Assembly (NCBI RefSeq): GCF_009914755.1
Contig: NC_060944.1
Reading direction: 5' to 3' (one strand)
DNA length: 64,000 nt
Source of the DNA: the human T2T-CHM13v2.0 reference genome, Homo sapiens
Shown here: in pieces, positions 1-15,394 of the stretch
Numbering within the stretch: the stretch's first letter is position 1
Layout of the letters: every line of letters starts with the position of its first letter
Program-made: the position numbers and the translations under genes
The notes under the pieces: generated by a model
What the model saw: only the letters and a program-made list of their open reading frames with translations
Database searches by the model: none
Told to the model about the DNA's origin: nothing

Positions 1-1197
1 TTATTTAAATCAACTCACTTAGGTTGAATTAGAATAATTTTAGACACACAGAAGAGTGTGTCTATATAATTTTGAATTATATACCCAACACTCAGATATA
101 ACATTAGCATTTTGCCATATTTGCTTCATCTATTTCTTTCTGAAATATTTTAATGTAAATTACAGATATCATGAATTTTCATCCCCAAATACTTTAGTCT
201 GCATCAGTCAAAGATATCTAATATTTAATCCACAATGGATTTCCCCAGTGGCAATTCCCCTAAATTGTGTTTTACAGTTGACAGTGGATTTATTGTAAAA
301 GGAAACTCGATATACCAAGTGACAAGCAAGTTATCTTCTGTTATAAATAGAAAGGATCCCTGGAAATGGACACAGTGTCAGGCCCAGAGCTGTGGGTGGA
401 GACCTGCTCTCTGTTTGACATAAATAGGAGATCAGTGGCTACTAAATCTGAAGACAGGGCAGCAGCAAAGAACATTTTCTCACGGATGTGATGAGACTTG
501 AAAGGGACTCAGAAAGGGGGTCACTTTCTCCAGGTTGGGGTAACTGTTATTTAAGCCAGGGTTCATCTGCAGCGTGGGGAGCCAGAGTGTGACCCCTTCC
601 CTAGGTGATGGAGGTGGCTGAGGCTCCAGAAGTTTCCAGAGAAAGATCTGGTGTTCCTACAAGGCCAGTGGCAGGGGGAAGGGCACTAGACAGTGGGGCT
701 GGAGGGTGTGGGCCTGTCCCTGCTCTGATTTTGGGCACTGCACTTTTGCCTGTAAGAAGGGGATATGTGAGGCCAGGACAGGGTCTCCTACTCTGTCCCC
801 ACTCCCACGCCAAACAGGGCCTTGAGGACTCTCGCGACCTCCATGACCCAGCTTCCCTCCTACCCCAGCCCCAAGCCTGTTTTTGTTCCCCTCCCTCCCT
901 CCTGCTTGATCTTTGAGCCTCAGCCAGGATGTTACCTCCTCCTAGAAGCCTGCCTTGGTCCCTGGAATGGATTAAGGGACTCTCTCCTGGGCCCCACAGC
1001 TGCCCAGGATCACTCAGCACTGTAGTGCCCTGTTGGCCTTTGCCTCCCTCCAGCTGTGGACGTACAAAGCAGACAGCGAATCTGTCTTGCTCACCACTGT
1101 ACCCCCATCCCCTACTGCAGCACCTGGCACATAGCAGTAGTGCGGCACACTTGTTGAATGAATAAGGGATCATTACTACTACGCTTCCCACTCATAA

Positions 1198-1564
<367 letters not shown>

Positions 1565-3049
1565 TCATTTACTCACAAATATTTACTGAGCACCTACTAT
1601 GTCCCAAGCAGTATTCTAGGCACTGGAAATGGGGCAAGGCTGCTGCCTCTGTGGAACTTATACTGGGGTGTGGGAGGCAAAGAAAAACAAGCAAACATAC
1701 ATATGAAATAATTTAAGATGCCACTCGTGGTGGGAGGGACTGACAGGAGCTGCTGTGGAAGAGAGCATTAGGAGGGCCTTGCTGAGGGGTGACTTTATTT
1801 CAGCTGAGAGGTGGATGAGAAGGCACCTGCAGGGGAAGAAGAACCAGGGGAAGGGTGTTCCTGATGGAGCAACAGCCTGTGCTAAGGCCCCAAAGTGAGC
1901 ACCAGCTGGGCGCTGAGGGACAGAACCAGGCACAGGCTCGGTTAGAGGAGGTCTGAGGTCCCAGAGGAGACAAGAGAGGGGAAGGATGGGAGGGCAGGCC
2001 TGAGCCGCAGAAGGCCAGTGGAAGGTTCTGAGTGGGAAGAGGATGGGATAGGAGTTATATTCTGAAAGGTCCGCCTGTGCTGGGTGGAGGATGGGTGGGG
2101 ACAGGCAGGAGCAGCCCAGGCTCTGATGCAGCCTCCAGGCAGAGATGGACCAGGGGAGCCCATTTCATATCCGGCCCCTGTGGAGGGTCTGAGGGTGTTG
2201 AGCAGACAGGCCCCGGCTTTGGAAGTCCTGGGTGTCTGGACCCGCCTGCCTGTGGGGCCCCAGCAGAGAGGAAGGGAGGCGGGGCTCCCAGTGCCTGTTG
2301 ACTCATTTGCATCTGATTTGCATGTGAAGCAGAGAGTCAGGTTGAAAGCTGGGAAGGCCTGTGCCAGCCCTGGGTAGAGGGTCTTGGGTGTTAGTTCCCA
2401 CAAAGACTCTGTCCCAGGCCATGACCTTCCTGTTCAGGAGGGGCTCTGCCTTCCCTTGCCTCCAACGCCCCTCTGGCCTGGCCCTGCCATCTGGGGCTGG
2501 GCAGTGCCCACGGGGACAAGGTCGTTTCCTTTTAGGAGAGGTCTGCATGCTATGAGGACAAAGGCCAAATCCCCACCCTCGGGAACCTCCTTCCCCAGCA
2601 AAATCCCATCTGTCAGGCTCAGCCTCTGACCTTCGACCTCTCTGTCAGCACAGGCTGCAGTGTTGGGGAGGGGAGGGTCCCCACCCCCAACCCTAGGGGA
2701 GACCCAAACCTCTCCCCCCAGCCTTCTCCATCTGTCCCCTTCGGCTTCTGCCACCTGCTCCGTGTGATCCAGGCCAGGTCACCTCCGCTTTCTGGGCCTT
2801 GGTTCCCCCACGTGTCCAATGTGGGTTTCCCAAATACCAGTGACTTGTGTCAGTCCACTTTTGTAATTGTAGCCAACTCCACTTACTATTTCTTAAGTGA
2901 ACTTACTCTCCTTCACTTAAATAGATTTAATTTAAAAAGAAATGTTATACCAGCTCTGTAAATGGAAAACCAGTTTCATCTGCCACAAGTAGAAACATAA
3001 TAGGAAAAAATAATGAAATGGAAATAAAACAATGTTACTCTAGTCTAGC

Positions 3050-3320
3050 CTCAAGTGAAAAAAGTCAGACACAAAAGGTTACATTTATATGATTGTCTAG
3101 AAAATGCAAAACTAGAGAGAAAGAAAACAGACCACTGGTTGCCAGGGTTGGGGAGAGGGAGCTGACAATATCAAGGGGTGCAGAAACTTTTTAGGGTGAT
3201 CCAAACTGTTTTTTGATGATGATGGTGGTTACAGATTGTATACATTTGCCAAAAATCACCAAAGTGTACATTCAAAGTTGGTGAGTTTTATTTTATGTAT
3301 AAACCACCTCAAAAAGACAA
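3050..3320 (+). mobile_element. Old L1 (L1M) 3' fragment
   Basis: Resembles the L1M 3'UTR (aagtcagacacaaaag...gatggtggttac...aaaccacctc); boundaries approximate. Confidence 0.6.
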
Positions 3321-3394
3321 ATTTTAGAGAAGAAAACAAAGAAAAATGCCGGTTTAGCCCCAAGTCTGAGGCTTCCTCTCTGTTAAACAAATTA

Positions 3395-3708
<314 letters not shown>

Positions 3709-3719
3709 GAAGAGAAAGA

Positions 3720-3965
3720 GGGATTTCTCTCTCTGTCTCTCACCAACTCTCTAACCCTCCCTAGTTCCATGCACCAAGGAAAAGCTATGTGAGGACATAG
3801 GAGAAGGTGGCCAGCCACAGGCCAAGAAGAGAGCCTTCACCAGGGACTGAATCAGCTGGCACCTCCATCTGGTACCTCTAGGCTCCAGAGCTGTGAGAAA
3901 TAGATGTGTGCTGTTTGAGCCACATAGTCTCTGATATTTTGTTTTGGCAGCCGGAGCAGACTCAT
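3720..3965 (+). mobile_element. MaLR LTR 3' fragment (MST/MLT1A-like)
   Basis: gtgaggaca...gagaaggtggcc...tgtgagaaata...gttttggcagcc matches the MaLR LTR end. Confidence 0.7.
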
Positions 3966-4377
3966 GCCCTCTGATCTCATCATTAGCATAATGCCTGTTT
4001 ATAGAACCATGCTGTGGGCAGGCTCTGTGCTAAAAGCTTTGCCAGCATCATTTCAGAGACTTGATGTGACATCTTACATCGTAGGGGAAATTATTGTTCC
4101 CATTAAAGATGGGCCCACAGTGTGGCTAAGCCAGTGGGGCATGTCCTCAGACCTGGAGTGCTCCCATAGGAAGCTGGGCCCGATTCTTTCTGAAGGTGTG
4201 AGCTGGAGGCAGTGATGGTGGTTTGAGAGGCACGGGCTGTGGGGAACTGGATACTGAGGGCAGTCCCTGTGTCCCAGGGGAAGCACTCTGTGCTTTCAAG
4301 GGGGGCACTGGCAGAGAAGGAAGTGTCCCTCATCACATCCTGGAGACCCACCCTCTGGAGACAGTGTTTTCACGATT

Positions 4378-4747
<370 letters not shown>

Positions 4748-5433
4748 TAAATGTGTTTGGGAAATGTGGTGTAAGCAAAGAGAAAGAAGTTTCCACTCTA
4801 ATACTTCTCAGAGACTTTAATGTGGAGATAGGCATGGCGAATCTCTCACTGCGGGACAAGTGGGCAAGAGAAGTGTGGATGCTGCCTTCTGGGCACTCAC
4901 AGTTGGTGGAGGAGACAGCCAACATGCAAGCACGGGCCACACCACATGTCTGGAGGTTGGAACGCTATGCAGAGAGACCACAGGAACCATGGGGGAAGTG
5001 GGGAGGGATTTCCCAGAGGAGATGACATTTGAACAAAGATGCAAAGGAAGTGTGGAAGGAGGTAAGGGAGAGCTGTATGACTGTCTGGGGGAAGAGAAAC
5101 CCAAGCAGAGGGAACAGCAAGCACAAAGGTTCTGAGGCCCAAGGTTGCTTGGTGCATTTGACAAGCAGACCAGCGCCATTGGCTGGAGCTAGCTGGGCCG
5201 AGTGGGAGGGTGATAATGGATGAGGTTGACCACGGTCCGCTCCCAAAGGCCATGGAATTCAGAGCATACTGGAGAGCCCTTAGTGGGTTTGGACAGACAG
5301 TGATACCTTGGGACACACAGCCTCATGAGCTCATACTGATCAAACAAACCACCCAAAATAGCAGCAGAAACAACAGCCACAGGGTGCAGAGGGTCATTCA
5401 GGGTGCCTCTCACAAGCCTGGGAAGTAGGCATG

Positions 5434-5799
5434 TGATATGGTTTGGCTGTGTCCCCACCCAAATCTCATCTTGTTTTGTAACTGCTTCAATTCCCATGTG
5501 TCGTGGGAGGAACCCGGTAGGGGGTGATTGAACTGTGGGGGCAGGTCTTTCCTGCGCTGTTCTTGTGATAGTGAAAATGGGTCTCACGAGATCTGATGGT
5601 TATAAAAATCGGAGTTTCCCTGCACAGGCTCTCTTTTTTGCCTGCCGCCATCCACGTAAGATGTGACTTACTCCTCCTTGCCTTCGGTCATGATTGTGAG
5701 GCCTCCACAGCCTTGTGGAAGTCCATTAAACTTCTTTCATTTGTAAATTGCCCAGTCTCGGGTATGTTTTTATCAACAGCGTGAAAACGAACTAATACA
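5434..5799 (+). mobile_element. THE1 (THE1B-like) solo LTR
   Basis: Begins tgatatggtttggctgtgtccccacccaaatctc and ends actaataca; 5-bp TSD gcatg/gcacg. Confidence 0.9.
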
Positions 5800-5984
5800 G
5801 CACGGTTAACTCCCATTTTACAGGCGAGGAAGCTGAAGCTTAGAAAGATGAAAGAATTTGCTTGTGACCCCGAACGTTCCCTCTGGCTGATGCATTGTTC
5901 CTACCTGCTCTGTTTCCTTGTTTATGAAGCTTGCAGGCTCCATGGTCCTCAACCCTGGCTGCTACACACTGGAATAACCTGGGG

Positions 5985-6310
5985 TGGCAGACTGTGTCTC
6001 CCCAGGATGGCCACACCAATACATCTCACATCCCACATGCTTGGCCAATAGCATATGACAGATGTGACTGTGGGTTACTTCTAAAGCTAGGCCATAATAG
6101 CCATCGCAACCCCACCGTGATCTCTGGGATTGCTAGTTCTGAGGGAAGCCAGCTGCCATGTCCTGAGGTTACTCAAGAAGCCCTGTGGAGTAGGCCATTT
6201 GGGGAGGGACTGAGGCCCCCAGGCAACATCTGTCCCAACTTGCCAGTCATGTTAGTGAACTACCCTTGTCCAGCCTTCAGATGACACCTCATGAGAGGCC
6301 CTGAGAGAGT
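5985..6310 (+). mobile_element. MLT1-type MaLR LTR fragment
   Basis: gtggcagact...gaagccagctgccatgt...gactgaggcc...gccttcagatgac resembles MLT1F/G/H. Confidence 0.55.
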
Positions 6311-6408
6311 CTTATTGTCCCGTTCACCATTCCTGTTGCCCTGTGGCCAGCTAATCAGCTTGTGGTGGTTTTCATTTCTTTTTTCTTTTTGCCATTAATA
6401 GCAATGCC

Positions 6409-6740
6409 AGGCTGGGCTCAGTGGCTCATGCCTGTAATCCCAGCACTTTGGGAGGCCGAGGTGGGTGGATCACCTGAGGTCAGAAGTTTGAGACAAGCCT
6501 GGCTAACATGGTGAAACCCTGTCTCTATTAAAAATACAAAAATTAGCCAGGTGTGATGGTGTGCGCCTGTAATCCTAGCTACTTCTCCCAAGTAGAAGGG
6601 CGTGATTCTTCTCATGCCTCATGCTGAGGCATGAGAATCACTTGAACCCGGGAGGCTGAGGCTGCAGTGAGCGGTGTTTGTGCCACTGCACTTCAGCCTG
6701 GGCGACAGAGTGAGACTATCTCAAAAAAAAAAAAAAAAAA
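6409..6740 (+). mobile_element. Alu with internal fold-back rearrangement
   Basis: Alu consensus; TSD tagcaatgcca; non-consensus inverted insert at ~6585-6624. Confidence 0.9.
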
Positions 6741-6889
6741 GTAGCAATGCCATAGTAAGTATTCTTCTAATTAAGCCCTTCTGAATCAGCTTAATTATTT
6801 GCTTAGGGTCAATTTCTAAATGCACAGTTGCTGGATCAGAGTACAAGTCCACTGATACAGCATTTAATTTTTTCAAAGAATTGTGACTG

Positions 6890-7497
<608 letters not shown>

Positions 7498-7696
7498 TGT
7501 AACTATATTCTCCTTCAGTAGCAACATCTCAATTTACCTTCTCATGCACAGTGTTTGGAAGGACATATTTTGGGATGAGTTTTCTTTTACTTCACTACCT
7601 TATTTTGTTCTTTCATAGAATGCCTTTAAAATGTTACTTTAAAAAAATAGATAATACCTTTACAAGGTACAAAATCCAAAAGGTATAAAAATGTTT

Positions 7697-7994
7697 TCTT
7701 TTTTTTTTTGGAGACAGAGTTTCGCTCTTGTCGCCCAGGCTGGAGTGCAATGGTGCGATCTTGGCTCGCTGAAACCTCCGCCTCCCGGGTTTAGGTGATT
7801 CTCCTGCCTCAGCCTCCTGAGTAGCTGGAATTACAAGTGCCCACCACCATGCCCTGCTAATTTTTGTATTATTAGTAGAGATGGGGTTTCACCATGTTGG
7901 CCAGGCTGGTTTTGACCTCCTGACTTCAGGTGATCCACCCACCTTGGCCTCCCAAAGTACTGGGATTGCAGGCATAAGCCACCACGCCCGGCCA
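7697..7994 (-). mobile_element. Alu, full length
   Basis: Antisense Alu consensus. Confidence 0.92.
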
Positions 7995-8829
7995 AAAATA
8001 TTTTATAAAAGTCTTTCCCCCACCCCTTTCCCCTCAGTCAGCACAAGTAGCCACCATTGGGACCAGTTTCTGGTGGATAAATCCAGAAAAGTTCAGGTGC
8101 AAGTAAACACACATAGAGAGAACACCCTTTAAATTAAATGAAACTAAAGAAAACAGAGCCATAGGTGCACAGGAGACAGAGAGCTGACATCTGGGGCTGA
8201 TTGCATCTTGGTTTCGAGCTGAGTGGCAAAAATACTGCTAAGGTCAACGTTCTGAAGGAGGCAAAACCCACACGCAGAACCAGCCATAGGCCTGTCAACA
8301 AGGCGAGATGTTATCATTGCTCATGTGCTGGGTCAGGATAAGGCCATACAGACCGCCCAGTTCTCTCTGATCTGGGTGTAGTTAATGACAGTTTATCTGC
8401 CTTTTTCTTCTCTCTCACCACTCCCCATGGTGGGGGAGGAGAAGGACTGGGAGGACTTGAATACTCTGAATTGGCACCAGGTGCTTAATATAGTCCTGAA
8501 AATAGAAGACCAATATGCTGTTGGCACATAAAGATGCCCACAATTCTAGAATCTGAGTGCGCCCAGATGATCTCTCTTTACATGGCCTAATTTGGGATCC
8601 TGACAAGTTCCTTCTGCCCTCTGCCTCACTTTCTCAATCTAGGAATGGGCCTCTCGGTTTTTGTTTTGTCTAATTTTAAGCTCTCGGCTGTGCATGGCAG
8701 AGGCAAACTTGAAGACGCAAGGGTCAGTGAGCAGGGCCTTTATCCAGGTATCTCAAATATCTCCCAACCCTGATTAAAGTTACATATCTCAGAGAAGAAT
8801 TTGGTCAACACCATTGTTGTCATTCCTGG

Positions 8830-9380
8830 TTAATAACAGGGAAGTTGAGGTCTGGGAAGCACCCTAGTGATGTGTTCACATGGCCATGTGCTTCTGTAAA
8901 ATTTACCAATGTAAGGCATCTTAACCTCATTCTGTTAAAACCACTATCTCCTTTCATTCCAACTTCCCTTTGCATCAGATGATGTTGGGGTTGGTGTGAG
9001 CAGTTTGGGCATCTTGCTAAAAGGACCTTAACATTTACTTTGGGTTTAGTGGGATATATTTATATTGTTTCCAGTCACTTTTGTGAAAAATTATTACTAA
9101 CTGACCTGGTATTGAAATGGCTTCCAGGAATATATCCATACCGAGCATACTGAGCTGACTCAACTTGTCGTGGCGTCAAGATTCAGGATCAGAGGTTATA
9201 TCTCAAGATATATGAATGGTCCTACAGCACTCAGTTCCACAAGACTGTGAAGGAGAGGTTTGAATGTATACACGGAGCCAGCAGCTAGTTTATGGAAAGT
9301 ATTACAGATGTGTTTGAGACAGGCAGCTAATAAAAAGAATGTTATTTTTCTGCGTTTTGTAACGTTTGTGCAATTTCTCT
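8830..9380. mobile_element. Degraded DNA transposon, possibly hAT-Tip100/Arthur-like
   Basis: tttgggtttagtgggatatatttat...atggcttccaggaata recalls this family from memory; not verified. Confidence 0.4.
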
Positions 9381-9548
9381 CTTTTTTTTTTTTTTTTTTG
9401 GAGACAAGGTCTTGCTCTGTCGTCTAGGCTGGAATGCAGTGGTGAAATCATGGCTTACTGCAGCCTCAACCTCCTGGTCTCAAGCAATCCTCCCTCTCAG
9501 CCTCCTGAGTAGCTGGGACTATAGGCACGTGCCACCATGCCTGACTAA

Positions 9549-9581
<33 letters not shown>

Positions 9582-9998
9582 AGACGGAGTCTCACTGTCG
9601 TCCAGCTTGGAGTGCAGTGGCACAATCTTGACTCACTGCAACCTCTGCCTCCCAGATTCAAGTGATTCTCCTGGCTGAGCCTCCCAAGTAGCTGGGATTA
9701 CAGGTGCCCACTACCACGTCCAGCTAATTTTTTGTATTTTTAGTAGAGATGAGGTTCTGCCATGTTGTCTAGATTGGTCTCAAACTCCTGAGCTCAGGTG
9801 ATCCACCAGCCTCGGCCTCCCAAAGTGCTAGGATTACAGGTATGAGCCACCATGCCTGGCCAGCTAATTTCTTTTTAAAATTTTTTTGTAGAGCTGGGGG
9901 TCTCGCTTTGTTGCCCAGGCTGGTCTGAAGCCCCTGGGCTCAGGCACTCCTTCCACCTCGACCTCCCAAAGTGGTGAGATTACAGGCATGAGCCACCT
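9381..9998 (-). mobile_element. AluJ-like element interrupted by a nested AluS (~9561-9861)
   Basis: Outer Alu split at its central A-rich linker; ctaatttcttttt duplicated on both sides of the inner Alu. Confidence 0.88.
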
Positions 9999-10086
9999 TA
10001 TTGTGGTTTCTTGTCTCTTTCTAACCAAATCTTCACTTTATTACTTAATTTCATATCTGTAATTTTTTCTTAAAGAGGTCTCCCTA

Positions 10087-10395
<309 letters not shown>

Positions 10396-11166
10396 GAAGT
10401 CTCCCTAGGCTGAAGCTACCTGCTCAATCTTCTCTTGTGTCTTACAGGATCACAGGATCCCCCTTGCCTTTCCTCACTGTTACTCCCAAACAGTTCTCAC
10501 ATGTTTACAAGGGAATGTAACAGAGTGGATCAGAGAATTCATTCTGGATCCAGACCGACCTTAGTTTTCTCATCTATATAATGGGAATAATAGCAGGATC
10601 TCTCGCCTTAGATAGTCATGAAGTCCAATGAGATGATGTGTATAAAGCCCTAACACAATGTAGCAGAGGGCACAGGGCCAGGATTGATATTTAGCTGGTC
10701 CTCACGGATACAGCAGACTCCCTGTTTATGACAGTGGTTGGCTCTGATTTGGTTGGTGTCCATGCCAGAGTGTACAATCATTATTAGCTATTGATATATT
10801 ATTAGCTCCCTCCCCTGCCCACCCAGGGGTTTACGCAGTAAGTTCTCAATTATTGGCAATCCAAACAAAGAATAAAAGACACCAGCTGGAATGAAACAGA
10901 GAAGCTGGTTCCAAATTGAGCAATTCAGACTGACTGCTATAAAATTTCCTCACCTTAAAGGCCCTTAGAGTTAATTCATTCTAATCCCCCTAAAAATATA
11001 CTTTTTTGACATGTTCAAGTATTGGAAATTTGGAAAATTCACAAAAACACAAAGAAGAAATTAACTGCTGTGATTATAGATGATTATACACATATACATA
11101 TGTATTTAATACATATTTATGCTGTACATAGTGTTTTGAAGCATACTGTACTTCAAAAAAATTTGG

Positions 11167-11432
11167 GAGGGGTGCATTGGCTTATGCCTGTAATCCTAGC
11201 AATTCAGGAGGCCAAAGCAGGAGGATCACTTGAGGCCAGGAGTTCTAGACTGGCCTGGGGCAACATAGCGAGACCCGTAGCTTGACATGGTGATGCGGGC
11301 CTGTAGTCTTAGTTACTCTGGAGGCTGAGGTGTGAGGATTGCTTCAACCTAGGTTACAGTGAGCTATGATTGCACCACTGCACTCCACCCTGGGCAACAG
11401 AGCTAGACCCTGTCTCTAAAAAACATAAATAA
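11167..11432 (+). mobile_element. AluJ-like, degraded
   Basis: Alu arms recognisable with internal deletions. Confidence 0.8.
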
Positions 11433-11495
11433 ACCAATGTTTAATACTTAGCATTTCCCCCTATCTTTAAATATCTTCTAGCTACTTCACTTTTA

Positions 11496-11780
11496 TTTTT
11501 ATCTTTTTGAGATGATCTCTTGCCCAGGTTGGGGTGCAGTGGCATGATCTCAGCTTACTGCATCCCCCACATCCCAGGTTCAATCTATTCTCCTGCCTCA
11601 GCCTCCTGAGTAGCTGGGATTACAGGCATGTGGCACCACGCCTGGCTAATTTTTGTATTTTTAGTAGAGACGAGGTTTCACCACGTTGGCCAGGCTGGTC
11701 TTGAACTCCTGACTTCAGGTGATCTGGTCGCCTCAGCCTCCCAAAGTGCTGGGATTACAGGTGTGAGCCACTGCTCCTGG
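11496..11780 (-). mobile_element. Alu, full length
   Basis: Antisense Alu; TSD tagctacttcactttta. Confidence 0.9.
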
Positions 11781-11838
11781 TAGCTACTTCACTTTTAATG
11801 GCTGCATAATATTCCTCATCAGAAAGTGGGAAAAATTA

Positions 11839-12202
<364 letters not shown>

Positions 12203-12589
12203 TCATAAGCCTTGACAAGAGTTGTTCTGTAAAGCTACCCGGCATGCAAAAAGCTCAATTAAGTTAGCTCCTCCACAGGATGGAATTATATAACCAATCC
12301 CTTTCAAGAGGCATTGAAGTTGTTTCCATTATTTTGCTATGATGAATAAGGCTGAGCAATATTAATCTTTGCTCATATCTTTGGTCATTTCCTTTGTAAA
12401 TTTCGGGACTGCTGGGTATGCACATTTTAAAATTAACTCACTCATCATCATGCAGTTAGGAGAACAGAGAAAGGAAGGGGCTTGCACCGGGTCACATAGG
12501 GAGTTAGCGTCAAAGTCAGGACTAGGAACCAGCCAGGGCCCTCTAACTGGAGCTCTTCCAGCTGGGGTCCTAGAGGAAGTCCCAGCTGG

Positions 12590-13510
12590 CCGCGGGAGGG
12601 AGGAGGAGGAAGGGAAAGAACCAGGCGCCGGGGCTGAAGCGGCGGCAGGAAGAAGGTGGGGCCGGCTGGGAGGAGCGGGCGGAGCTGCTGAGCAGCGCCT
12701 CTCCTTCGGGCGGGGGAAGCTAAGCGGTCGCCTGGCAACCCTGGCGGCGCGCCGTTCGAACGGAAGCGAGGAACCAATCAGGAAGTCCGGGGCGAACCAT
12801 TCTGGTGTGAAGGGGGGCGGCGTGCTCACTTCCCCTTCCACGGCGCCCCAGGGACTTTCCCTGCGGTGGGGGCCTTCGACAGTGAGGGCCACCCGCTCAG
12901 CTCGACCGCGGAGGGCAGCTCCAAAGGGGACCCCAAAGGTGCCCACGCGGGGCTGGGGCCTCCTGGGCGTCGTTGGGAGCGGCCACTACCGGCCCGGGTC
13001 CGAGCTGTCAGCCTCTCCAAAGCCTGCGCGAGAGGAGCCGGGACACCCCTAGCGCGGGCTCCAGGTGAGGGCGCGGGTGGGTCCGGGTGCGACCCCGGGT
13101 CTGGGGGCCCCGTTCCCCGAGCGTCTGCTGTCTGCTTTCTCCCCGCGTCGTACCTGCGTGTCATTTCACAGATGAGGACTCTGAGGCTCAGAGAGGCAAG
13201 TGTCCCGGCCCGGCGAGCTCTGGCGGAGAATCCAGTTCAAGTCTTTCTGCCCCACCTCGCAGCCCCCTAGTCTAGTCACATCTGGACTTGCCTTGAGAGG
13301 CCCAGACGGGCAACTGGTAGTCATTTTCCCAGCGTTTTATCGGCAGGGACCTGTAGACCCCTGGCTGGATCACATATCCCCGCGCCCCACACTGTCCTCG
13401 GGATACCCCCTTTGGGCGTCTGTCTTTCCTTCTCCGCAGTCCGGGGTTGGACTCGGCTCATTTGGCGCCTTTCTGTCTACGGGGACAGAGGACCACTCTT
13501 TGGGGATCGG
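12590..13510 (+). promoter_or_regulatory. FAM110A: CpG-island promoter and non-coding first exon of FAM110A (exon to 13064, donor CAG|GTGAGG)
   Basis: Dense CpG. X-box 12727-12739, CCAAT 12774-12778, ETS GGAAG sites, GC box ~12813-12820, kB site 12851-12860, splice donor GT at 13065-13066, no ATG in the putative exon. Confidence 0.8.
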
Positions 13511-14277
13511 ACGGGACTGACATTTCTGGGCTGGATGCAGGGGCAGCAGATTCTCCAGCCCCCAGAGCCGCTGCTGGCCTCTTGGGAATCATCCCCAGTT
13601 TGGGGAAGGGAATAGAGCCAGTCCCTAAACCAAAGCCACTAGTCACCAGAGACTTTGGAATTGGGAGTGGGGCCGGAATCCCCCCAGGTGGAGCAGCTGA
13701 CCTAGGCCAGACCCTGCTGTGTCTCCTGGGGACACCCCCTGCCCCCTAGGTTGCTATTGTCAGTCTCCTTTTGTAGGTGGGGAAACGGAGGTTCTAAGAA
13801 GTTAAGCCCCTTTTCGAAGTCACAGTCAGACAATGCAGTGGTTAGCTCCTAGTCCCTCTGGCTTCAATCTTAGAATCCTTGACACACAGAATCATGCATT
13901 TTGAGAGTCTTCAATCTCTTCATAAGGGAGTTACATATCCTCTCTCCTCTGGAGCCTGCCCCTGGCTTTGGGGGACAGGATCTCCGAGGACTCAGAAAGA
14001 AAACAAGGCTTTCTTTTATTCTTTCAACAAATATTATTTATTGACTTCATAAGCCCTGCTCTGGTTCTTGCATGTTTTGGTTTTTTTACTTATTAGCAAA
14101 TGTATCATCTTCTCCCACTGTGATGCAAGGCAGGGGCTGAGGCAATTGAGCCAGTGCAAAATTTAGGGATGCCCAAAACCTCAGTAATCAAGACTGAAAC
14201 TAACGTTCATGGACCATTTGTGTGTTCTGCAGGCAGGAGGTTAACTCACACAGCCTTCATGAAGTGCAGTCCTCCCA

Positions 14278-14278
<1 letters not shown>

Positions 14279-14335
<57 letters not shown>

Positions 14336-14405
14336 TATATACACACACACATATATGTATATATATGTATGTGTGTATATATGTATATATGTGTATATAT
14401 ATGCA
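14279..14405. repeat. Compound microsatellite (TC)n(TA)n(CA)n/(TATG)-like
   Basis: Directly visible dinucleotide runs. Confidence 0.95.
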
Positions 14406-15394
14406 TATTTATAAATCATGAAACCACTGCCCTGTCCCTGAGTTGCTCTGTGACATTGAGTAAGTTTCTTCAGTCTCTGGGCTGAGCTAAGAAGTCATGA
14501 TGGTGCACTCAGGCCTGGGCAGAGGGCAGTCTAGGATAGGAAGTGGGCTTGGCTGTGGATCTGCCTCCCCCTCCCCTTTCTAATCCTGCGTGCCAGGCCC
14601 TTCCCCAAGACCTTGCATGTGTTATCTTCCATTCTGTCCTCACTGCAAAATCCTTCATCCCCATTTTGCAACCTCAAGTGCAGACCTAGGCCTAGAAGAT
14701 CAACTTGGTATCAGTGGGCCTAGATGTCCACATCCACACCCATTCCACAGCCTACTCCCTTCTCCCTTCCTAATGTTAGTGCAAGGCCACCCTGAGCAAG
14801 GCTGACTCCTGGGCAGGCCAGGGCACCAGCGTCTGGGAGGCCTCCAGAAATAGCTCAGGGCCTGGTGTGGCTCTGGAGGTGGCCCAGCTGGGTGTCCCTG
14901 ACCTGGACAGCTGGGCTGAAATTGAGCTGGGGCTGCCCTGCTGGCTGGCCCCTTGCCACTGCCTGGAGCCTTCCCAATCTCCTCTGGGGCAGGCAAGGGC
15001 CTCCCCAAATCTAGGCCAGGCTTCTGCTGAAGGGAAAGAAAGAAGCAGGTGGGAGGAAGGGGGCGGGTTGGGTGTAGAATGTCATGAAAATTATAACCTT
15101 TGGAAACCACACCTCCCACCCCCTCACCAAAGAATAAAAATCACTAACACCTCTTGAGCATTTACTATGTTCTAAGTACTTTACAAGTATGAACTCATTT
15201 AATTCCCTCAACTCTGTGATATAAGGTAATTACTGCTGTTCTTATTTCCATCTTGCAGAGGGGAAACTGAGCACAAGAGAGGTTTAATAATTTGCATAAG
15301 ATAACCTAGAGGTGGAGTTTGAACCCAGAGAGTCTGGCTCTAAATTTTACATTTTTTGGGGGGGGGGTGGGGTGGGGCAGTGAATGAATTAAAA

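Noticed and set aside
12362-13275. Long ORFs on both strands (227, 194 and 134 aa)
   Set aside because: Stop-poor CpG-island sequence, mostly non-ATG starts, no recognisable domain.
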